Shown here piece by piece: positions 28,401 to 38,603 of a DNA stretch of 64,000 bases. The first letter of the stretch is position 1. Each line of letters opens with the position of its first letter. The notes beneath the pieces were generated by a model. The model saw only the letters and a list, made by a program, of their open reading frames with translations. It was not told the origin of the DNA and did not search any database. The stretch spans positions 4,402,001 through 4,466,000 of the forward strand of contig OZ176052.1 of assembly GCA_964247055.1 (NCBI GenBank), read 5' to 3'. The translations under genes and the position numbers were made by a program. Source of the DNA: Paragordius varius (taxonomy: Eukaryota > Animalia > Nematomorpha).

Positions 28401-28990
28401 AAATTGATGCAACTGTGTTATTAGATTTTACCATTATTCTGTTTTACATCCATCCGTCACTGAAACCGCCAAGAAACAGTATCAGGATAGATAGAGTGTA
28501 TGTCGGTTGTTTTGGGTGTGAACTAATTCGAAACAGATTTTGCCGGACGGTTAAATGTTAGACTTGGCTAAATTGATGCAACTCTGTTATTAGATTTTCC
28601 CATTATTCTGTTTTACATCCATCCGTCACTGAAACCGCCAAGAAACAGTATTAGGATAGATAGAGTATATGTCGGTTGTTTTGGATGTGAACCAATTTGA
28701 AACAGATTTTGCCGGACAGTTTAATGTTAGACTTGGCTAAATTGATGCAACTGTGTTATTAAATTTTACCATTATTCTGTTTTACATCCATCCGTCACCG
28801 AAACCGCTACGAATCAGTATCAGGATAGATAGAGTGTATGTCGGTTGTTTTAGGTGTGAACTAATTCGAAACGGATTTGCCGGACGGTTTAATGTTAGAC
28901 TTGGCTAAATTGATTTTACTGTAACTATCTATACGGATTATCCTAATATTGTCTTTTACATCCACTCATCACCGAAACCCCAATGTTCAG
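13457..28990. repeat. 169-bp tandem satellite array A, ~92 monomers, two monomer subtypes, higher-order repeats
   Basis: The marker gaaaccgc recurs every 169 nt (14791, 14960, 15129). Terminal monomers are more diverged than internal ones. Confidence 0.98.
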
Positions 28991-29460
28991 CAACAAGATA
29001 GATTAAGATTAACGTTGATATACGAGATGAGAATTACTTGGAAGGAGGTTTTGATGAAGGCGTATAATTGATTGGCCAGTATTCGTGCTCAATTGCATTG
29101 CAGTATTAAAACATTAAAATTATAATTTAAATGTTAAATTTAGAAAAACATTAAATTTAAAAATGATTGTTGCTGTTCGGTTATATATGCTCCTGATATA
29201 AACAATTTGTATAATAACGATTAAATAATGTTTTACAGTATATTGATATAAAAAGGACAAAAGAGAAAACTAAAGACAAATATTTTTAAAAAAGACAACC
29301 ATATTTTTTATAACCTAAATTATTACCAATTTACATTTCTAATTTCCCATTTGCAACCCAAAGAGATGATTTATATTTAACAAAAAAGATATGGTTGTTC
29401 TTTATAAAAAATGTAAATTTTAATGATATAAACTGTAAATTTCGTTTAACAAAGTTTTAA

Positions 29461-29982
29461 CCTCATTACCTCTTCACTTATTTGTCCTAGACCTTCTGGG
29501 GTAGTTTTACATCCCAAAGCTCAATTTTGTTATTAACCTACAGGTTAAAATTATTTTATAAAATTTAATTATCTAACATTATTCTCATTTGGGTAAAAAG
29601 CTTATATTTCTTACAATGTGACTTCTAGAGTCCGAAATCGGAAATCCAAAACAAAATGAACAGCTGATATTAAAAATGAAATATATTAAGTTTTTACTGT
29701 TAAAATAGAGCCTGAAAGCTTTTTATAAGAATTTACATTTTCACACCATAATATACATTTATTTGTTTGTTGCATTAGTAATGTAAAATTTATGGAAAAA
29801 AATGGCGGCAAAAAGTTTGAGATCAGAATTTTTCTACAATTCAACATTTTTTAAAAAAAATTGTATAAAGAAGGCTAAAGAAAGCATAATTTAAAATTCG
29901 GCTTTATACATTAAATACTTTAAAATATTCAAAATTTATATCGCTAGCGGAATGAAAAACTACCCTAAAAGGTAATGGAGTG
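29461..29982. mobile_element. TTAA-flanked piggyBac-type MITE; copy B 57303-58194; related fragments at ~7016-7330 and ~4200-4312
   Basis: ttaa|cctcattacc ... ggtaatggagtg|ttaa. Internal sequence is shared in inverted orientation with 7190-7320. Confidence 0.55.
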
Positions 29983-30721
29983 TTAATTAAATTACGAGGT
30001 AATATAAATAATCGGAATTATTAAATTATATTATAAAATTGCTTGATAATAAGCGTTTTTATTTTGTTTCCATCGTGCCTCAAAAGTATGAAGTACGCTT
30101 CTACAAATTTTTGCTGGATAATATTTCCATTAAAATTTGATTTTGCCATATATCATTGTTAAAAGGGTTAGCGAGTCTCGGCATTTTTGCGTTCATTAAA
30201 AATATACAATAAAGGGTCTTACTTTCAATATACGATATGATTTAATCATAGTTTTTGATATAAAGTTAAACCTACAAAACAAGCTGATTCAATATCCTCA
30301 AATTTTGCGGCTTTATCAAATTTTTAAACACAAATTTTTTGATGATGAATCTTTCAAAAATATGATATGATAGTTCAGCATCGATTATATAGAAAAAGCA
30401 TAGCGAATTGAATTAAATAATATGTTAAGCAGAACCGTTTCAAAACACTGATGTCATAATCGATATAAATTCTTGCGCAAAAATAATAGGTTTATTAGAA
30501 AATATAGATTTCATCAAATTATTATTTGTGTATACTGTGCTATCACATATTTATTTTTTCATATTATGACTTCGGCTTCAGACTCTGTTACCGATGTGAT
30601 AAAAAGGTTTTTGAGGATATCACTGTCAAATAGGCATGATACCGATGAGTGGCTAACTTTATATGCATTTTGGGTCATTTTATTAGAAGAGGTATTGTAA
30701 GAAATTTTCAAAATTTCTAAG

Positions 30722-30988
30722 CAGGGCTTAGGACCCGAGCCTAAAATTGGAACCGATTCCAAAACGCTTTTTAAAAACTGCCGGTTCTTTACATATTATT
30801 CCGTTCTAACCGATTATTATAAAAGTGGAACCTGTTTTAAAATGGTAAAATTTCAAAACTATCCCAGTTTTGGTTATAAAATTTTTTTCGGTTTCAAAAC
30901 CGGTTTAATTGGAACGTATTTCAAAAATATTTATTTGAAAATTGTCCCGGTTCTCATCGTGGAACAACGGTTTTGGTTCCAAGTCCTA
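30722..30988. mobile_element. hAT-type MITE with repeated AACCG/CGGTT subterminal motifs; copy B 58941-59207
   Basis: TIRs cagggcttaggacc and ggttccaagtccta. TSD-like tttctaag / gttttaag. Confidence 0.7.
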
Positions 30989-31242
30989 GTTTTAAGTACA
31001 AGTGGTCTGATAATTGAAAAAAATTTTTGAAACAAAATACGTCACTAAGCAGTATAAACGTTGTTTTAAAAAGTACTAATGTGAAATTAAACACCCATCG
31101 TTCTCTTATTAATCTGCCAGATTATATTCGATTACCAATGTGGATTTTTTTATACCCATCTAATATATGACTAATATGTTTGACTCAATAATTATCATCC
31201 ATTGAGATTAAAGATTATATAAATTTGAACCGAAGTTTAGAG

Positions 31243-31367
31243 CATGGTGGATAACACAATTGGCTTTGCTGGCCGCATTCGAAATATGGCCTCAATAAAT
31301 AAATTAGTTTTCAAACATTTTAAAAATTAAGGATTTTGCTCGGAGGGCTGCGTGTTGAATATCCCTG
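31243..31367. mobile_element. 125-bp hAT MITE; copy B 59459-59583
   Basis: TIRs catggtggataacac and gtgttgaatatccctg. TSD-like gtttagag / gtttagta. Confidence 0.6.
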
Positions 31368-31897
31368 GTTTAGTACAGCTTTATCAATTAACTCAAAAAT
31401 TGAAAGGAGATATTTAATTGTCAATTTAATAATTTCAAACTAATTTCAAACTACTTTTTGACACTTAATTAGATGCGTTATTGTTATATGATATGACTCA
31501 GATTTTATAACCATAAAATAACCAAATGATTATTAAAAAATAAAATTGTGTTTAAGTAGGATTATTATCCCGAACTCATAATTGTGATCAAACGGTTTCT
31601 TAAATTTTTCCTCCTTATTTATTTACAAAATTAATTTAACCGAAATTAAATACCGTTAAAAAAGAATAGGCATTACTTATAATCTAATGGGCTACATTTT
31701 TCATGAATCTAGCTGAAATATTCAACTTGAGAAAACAAGAACATAGCGATATACTATTAATTGTGGATTAATGGCCTGCGTTTATATATTAGATTAGATT
31801 GTTATGTTTCGTGATATTTGCAATATATCTAGAATTACCGATTTGGGATGAAATAAATATGGCAAAACAAAAATGTTGGGCTTGCAATGCTTTATAA

Positions 31898-32141
31898 CAG
31901 GGGTACATGCGGCCCTTTGAGACTTTAGACCCGGCACGCGGAAAATTTGAAAATGTATAATTTACAAAAATATGATCACAAAACTTTATTAAAATACATA
32001 TATATTGTGTTTGGATTTAAAGCTCTTATGTTTGTCTAATAAATTCTTTATGAATGCCCATATATATTTCAAATCCAGCCTCCTACCAGATTTATGGAAA
32101 CAAAAATGCGGCTTTGAAGCCATTTGTGTTAAACATCCTTG
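31898..32141. mobile_element. hAT MITE; copy B 60114-60359; same family as 35454-35749
   Basis: TIRs caggggt(gttaa)c and gtgttaaacatccttg. Shared right-end motif aaatgcggc...gaagccatttgtg. TSD is poor. Confidence 0.65.
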
Positions 32142-33036
32142 TTTATGAATTTATTGTTAAAGAATGAAGCGTATCCATAATTATCTATTTGTATCTACCC
32201 TTAAATAGCTTTAGCTTTTTTATAAGTAAATATTTTTTCAGCAATTTGTATTGTAAAAATCAGAAATAAATTAAAGAACAAAAAAATAAATTATATTGTC
32301 CCTAACTATTCATATATTAAAGGACATATTATTGCTCGTTGAGCCAGATATTACCTTAGATGGAGATAGTGTATTTTATGCAAATTTAAATCGGCTTTAC
32401 CAAGAAACATCAACAATATCTATCAGAGAGTGCTCAATTTATTGTTTATATAAATATAGGGCAGATTCAATTTCTAATAAACTAAAATGATTAATTTACT
32501 TATTCCAACTAACTTTATAATTATAACGTATAACTCTTGTTTGTCGTAAATATATATTTTCTGCAAAATATTTTAATTTAATTCACACCCCGATTAAGAA
32601 AATAGGCCCATTCTTCTTTTATGGCGTAAAAATTTTGTAATTATAGTTGTTTTTTTCAAAAATATGTATAAAACAATATTAAATGGACAGTGTTTTATGG
32701 AATTGTTTGTTTACATTGTTTACATAATTTACGCATTCTATTTATAAACATAAATAAAATAACATATCTCGGGGTTATTTTGTTATCATAATTTATTTCA
32801 TATTTGTTATATAAAAAAAGTTTATTCGCGCAAATTATACTTACAATTTTAACGCGTAAAAAGCATTTTACCATATCAGTGTGATGGAGATTCAAAAATA
32901 TTGGGTTTTAGCATTCAATATCGCTATAATTATTGCAAACATTATTGTTATCTATATGGCCTATGCTAATCCTTAAATTCTCAATCTTAGAATGCTATCA
33001 TTATTTTTTGAGTGATAAATATAAAAAAGACTAAAT

Positions 33037-36000
33037 ATGTCAAACGCTATACTCCCATTGTCACAAAATTTTCATAATATATCCCCTCAAAATTTGCATG
33101 AAAGATTACAAAAGTTAAAAAGTTATCATCATTATCAAATGGAAGGCATTAAACCAACATTTAATTATGGGATATCTATAAATCAAAACGAATCAAAATT
33201 AGCGCCAGATTTTCAACCATTTACTTCAAAAGATTCTATTAACCTTATTGTGACAGACACCATGATATCTCCAAAGAAATCATGGACCCAAATGATGTTG
33301 AACAAAATTGAAAAGCAGAAACAAATTCATAACCTAGGTGTTACAATATCATTTAATAAAATTATCTAATAAATTTTGACAATGGATATTTATCTAATAT
33401 AAATTATTTTGTCGTTTATGCTAAAGTGTGTTGTATATAGCGATAGTTGTAGCCTTTGAGGAGATCATGCTTTTTAAAATTATATTAAAATATAAAAAGG
33501 TTCCAGCAACATAGAATGCTTCGGAACTTTTTAAAACGTAATTTTTTTTTCTTTCAATTTTAACTCCAACAATCTGACAAAATGAGATGTGAGTGGGTGA
33601 AATCAATGTCATCTACATCTTTTTAATTTGTTGGATGGTGCTACAGTAGTGTATGGTATAGAACAAATTTTGTCCATAATTAAATAATATTTAATGTTGT
33701 GAGATAGAAAGAAATTTTAATTTCTACCATTTGTTGTTTTACACCCATATGCTACTGTGTTGCTAATTGGCTAACTATAATGTGAATCGACCAACTTAAA
33801 TGCACATATTATAATTTATTAATAAGGGTAAAAAATTGATAATTTTATTTACATAAATTAGATAATAGCGCCAGAAGTGTGGAATCTTGTGACGAAGTAT
33901 TTTATTTTATTTGTCAAACAAAAATATACATATATTTTAGCATATAATTTGATTGACGAATATAGATTAGTATAGAAATAGATGTAACTGATCCCAAACA
34001 ATCTACGGGGAAAGAATCAACCATAACAAATGCAAATAATTATAAGCTTTTACCTGCCAAAGATTCTGGGCATTTTATATTTGAACGCATTTCTTTTCAA
34101 AATAAAAATGATATTAGCAATGAACAACGATTAACGCACGAGAAGGATCTGAGAAACCAGCTAAGAGAACAAGAGAATTCTCAAAAGGAACAGAAAAATC
34201 GCACACTAAACGACTTGAAAAATGGTCATAATTAAAGGCTCATTAGCTTTGGGGTTCAGTATCCTCAAATAATTAATTCAATATTTCAAAATAAAGGAAA
34301 ATTAGGCTAACTTAATGCATTTTAAGGCCTTTTAAGGGTAAAAATATTTAAAAATTATTAGAAACTCATATAAATGACGCCAAATATATGTTTGGGATTT
34401 CATAAAATTGGTCTTAATAAATAATATATATCACAATTTTCAAAAAAGATTGAACATCAGACACAAATTATGATCATTTTTGAAATGTTTCCATCATAAG
34501 TTGTAGGAATCTGAGTCGGGTGTTTGTTTAAGCAATATTTTATGGATAAAAACGTGGAAATAGGTGTAACTCCCAATCTTAAATAAATAATTATTATATT
34601 TTAAATAATAGCGCATATAATCAAATCTTCAACCGTGCGCAAGAAGTTACCTTTTAAAACCACGAATGAAAAGAAAAATAACATTAATAAATCAATGTCG
34701 TTGATGTTAAAAAATGCCCCAACGCTTAAACGAGAATGGCACAGAAAACGTCAAAGGGCTTTGCAAAATTTTAAATGGGAACAAGACATGGTTTTACGAA
34801 ATTGGATTAAAACCCAGGGTCAGACCTTTTTGCAAGACCTGTGTCATGAGGCCAAAAGTTTTGTGAATGGATTGGAACGTGGCATTTCCACTTACATTAA
34901 CGATGTTGATGGAGATTTTCTCATATTTAGCACACAGCTTGAATGTAAACAACACGGTTCCGACCAAGCTTTCGCTGAACACTTGGAACAATTTTGGACA
35001 AACGAACGTGACAAGCTGCTTCAGAGTTGGGATGATCAAACGCTTTCAAACCTCAAGGAACTTCAGGATGAAAGTGATCATATGAGAGATGTTATTTTGG
35101 TTCAAAGAACGCAAAAACTCAAAGCATTCTTTCAACGTCGATGGCAAAAGACTATGGACAATGTGATACACGATTGGATAGAGGAAAAGGCGGACCTTGA
35201 AAATAAACGTATTATTTTATAAACAATGTTTATAATTTACCATAGATGTTTTGTAAAATTAGTAAAAGAATATAGTTTGCGATTAAAAATAACTTAGCGG
35301 TATCTATTCACATATGGCACAATACAATCCTTAACTAATGTAGATTGTGTGTTTTAATAACAGGACAATTTAAAATAAAATAGCGATGATTACGTTATAT
35401 ATATTCAAATGATAAAATATATTATATTAATAAAATGTTTTTATCATTTTAAGCAGGGGTGTTTAACACGCGTTCCGCAAAATATTTGAAAATCCATTAG
35501 TTGCTAAATACATAAAATCTTATTTATTTTTTAATCAAATTTTCCAAATATGTAAAATTGGGAACTAATTAGGAAAATTCAATATATTGTCTTTTCGTTT
35601 TATCTTATGTTTTAAATCAAAATAATATTGTTTATGCCCATACATACGTATACATATATATATATATATATATATATATCAAATGCGGCCCACCGGATTT
35701 TTTAAGTTAAGAATATGGCCTGCGAAGCCATTTGTGCTGGACATCCCTAATTTAAAGTAACAAAATAAAAATATTTTAAGTTAGACAAAATTTGAAGATT
35801 AACGTGCTTAATAATGCAAGCGCGTTGGGTCAACAAAAACGGGAATTACTGAAGGCCTGGGAACAAGAAGTTGCGGATTTTAATCGAGATTTTGCTGGAA
35901 AAGTCAACGCTCTCAAAAAATTGATAAATGATGATTATGCCAAAATCAAAACGCAAATGGAAAAAGATCTTTGTCAAAGAAATCAAAGTTTTTATTTAAT

Positions 36001-37234
36001 ATCTTGCCAATTTAATAATATGGAATGATAAAGGAACGTTTTATAATTTTTACAGCTAAGGGCTTATCATTTATTATTCTGTATCAATACTATAGAAAAG
36101 GATAAAAGTTTGGAATTAGGTCGAAAATTTATCCAAGATCTGACCGACATTGAAAATTATGAAAAAAATCCAAATCCCCAAAGCCTTAGGACCTCACAAC
36201 TATTGAGCAAACAAGTGTTGGATGAATGGGAATCAAAAAGTTACGAGATTGAGAAAAACGAAGTAGAAAGACAAGAGGATGCTAAAAAGCATGAAAAAAT
36301 CAATCTAATAAAACTTCAGGAAAAGGTAAAACAATTTATTTTATTGAACACGCTAAACCTTATTACGAATATTACAAATTGAAAAGCAAATACAATATCA
36401 TTAGCTAATCAAAGTGGTTGGTTAGGACTTGGCTAAATTTTAGTTTAAACAATTGCCAGTTACAGGAATAAAATTTTTTTAAGGGTTTCCAAAACATCTC
36501 TATTTGCTCAAACATAAAAATTTATATTGTTTGCATATATAGATAAATTAATTACAATATGTATAAATTTATTTTAACTTTCGACATATTCTTATTGTTC
36601 AAATTAACGATAAATTAATGAATATATCAACATAGTTTGATTTTATTGTGTGTTTAATTACTTATAGTTGGAAACAGACCCAAGCTCAGCCAGTTTAGCT
36701 AAAATTAGTGAATATGAAAAGCAAGCTACTCAGGTGCTGATGGAACAAAAGAGCCGTTTAGAACGTGAAATTACCGACACGATTGCTGGTGCATATAAAA
36801 GCCTTATTAATCAACAAAGACATGATTATTTAAGCACACACTCTAAAACATTGGATGGAGGCCAAAATATTGCAGAAGAGGATCCTTTTGATATGTTATA
36901 CAAAATTTCTTCATCCATAAGCAATAGTTTCCCATCTTCTCGAAAATCGTCTCAGGACACAGTAGGTTTTTTGAAAGAAAAAACAAATCCACTAACTAAA
37001 ATGAAAACGGTTCTTCCAGTCTTATTGAATAAAAGTGTATCCTTTATCAAAGGTGATATTCATCCAGTTAATTTAGAGGCTAAATCTAACAACAAAACCC
37101 AAGATAATAGTGGAGAAGATATAAGTATTGAGGAAGAATTAATTTTACGCGAAAGAGGAACACCCGTGCCAAGTTTGCCTTCCAACCCAAAAAATGGGTC
37201 ATCCATAACTCTGTACGAAGGATGTGCATTTTGA
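33037..37234 (+). CDS. Hypothetical coiled-coil-rich protein, 6 exons, ~716 aa
   Basis: Exons 33037-33337, 33976-34224, 34612-35208, 35781-35987, 36096-36325, 36668-37234. All are GT-AG and phase-consistent from ATG to TGA. The middle is E/K/Q/R-rich and helical. No family recognised. Confidence 0.8.
35454..35749. mobile_element. hAT MITE in intron 3 of the coiled-coil gene, containing an (AT)n tract
   Basis: TIRs caggggtgtttaacac and gtgctggacatcccta. TSD attttaag / atttaaag. Confidence 0.75.
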
Positions 37235-38603
37235 AAATGAATGTTATTAATATTGTTTAAATTTGGAAATATTAGCCATTTTTATGTAATGTTTTTCAAA
37301 AAAAATTATGATAGATAATGTTCTGTAATATATTTTAGTATAATTAATAAATAATATTATGTTTAATAATAATCATTCCCTTCTTAATATTATTTAGCAA
37401 ACTAATTATCTTTATAAATGTATGCACTTAAGTCATTTAGGCTATGAGATTAAAATTGTTATTTAATTCAAAATAGCATTTTTTATCCATATATATTAGG
37501 AAATAATCGGTAGATATTTGTAAATAATATTTCTTATAATTTTGATGATTTTAAAAAATTTTGTCATATATGCTCTGTGATTGCATCTTGTTTTGAACTG
37601 TAGGTCCTTATCCCAGGATTTTACTAATTCAAATAATTAGTAACAAAATTTTTTTTATAAAACCCATTTTTTACATTTATATTTTTAACAAATATTTATT
37701 AAGCAATTTCAACGTTAATTGAAAATTTATATAACCAAACAAAATTTTAAACTTTATTTTTTAAATTATTTTTGGATAATTATATATAATTGTCGGTGTT
37801 TTCCCCCAAAAATTTGATTCAATTCTTCGGACCTCTGCCGTAAATTTCTTTATTCCTAAGCTAGCTAAGCTATCTTAGGAAAAAATACCGTTATAAAATA
37901 TTAATTCTCATTTTTGTACAATCAGCAAGTATTAAAAGTATTTTTTAAAATGAAAAGCGTTATATGCCAAAATTTTTTAGCCTTTATAACTGAATTTTTT
38001 ATTGTATATTCTTTAATCAATATGACCTTTTTTCTATAATTTTTTTAGCTTATTATTGAAAATGCCATAAATCAGCTACTAAATGATATCAGATTATAAT
38101 TATTTATTGAATGAGGTAAAGGACTTAAACTTAAGCAAATCAACATTAATAATTCAAAAAAAGAAACGTTCATTCATTCATCCATTCAAATATATCCAAA
38201 TTTTGTTTAAATGTATGTGAGCTGAAATAGAAAAACATCAATTGTTAAAACAAGTATTCACAAAATAATTATCACACAATTAAGGGTAAAAACAAAAAAA
38301 TCAATTCTTTACTCAAAATCAAACCGTAAATTTGTTTGTTTAGTGCAATTAGTATTTTTTACTAATTATTAATTTTTCGATTCATTTTAAATATATCATT
38401 TGTGTGCAGTGGTGGGGGATTGATGGAGTAATGAGGAAAAATATTGATAAAATGGAAAATTTCTAAGTAGCAATAGTATATGATAATGGTAATTAAGTTT
38501 GTGTGTGCTGTTCCCTAAACAATTTTAGCCTCTATGGTATGGCGATTATTTGTGAGTGTAAGGTTATTTTTAGAAGGCATGACATCATTCAAAGGAGAAT
38601 TTA

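Noticed and set aside
13457-28990. CRISPR array
   Set aside because: Whole monomers repeat with no unique spacers, there are no cas genes, and the context is eukaryotic.
13457-28990. Satellite as a spliced repeat-protein gene (minus-strand gtaaaa...tttag 49-nt intron leaving 120-nt exons; plus-strand 37-nt and 64-nt options)
   Set aside because: The options I translated contain stop codons in the candidate frames. ORFs 51670 and 53020 arise only from a 2-nt deletion variant.
13457-28990. Hammerhead retrozyme or C/D snoRNA tandem array
   Set aside because: No CUGANGA core upstream of the GAAA motifs on either strand. The C-box is imperfect, CTGA occurs in only one subtype, and there is no terminal stem. 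Other ribozyme classes were not assessable by eye.
32870-32990. Short Cys/Tyr-rich or transmembrane-like ORFs just upstream of the coiled-coil gene
   Set aside because: Both frames are closed by upstream stops, with no convincing acceptor.
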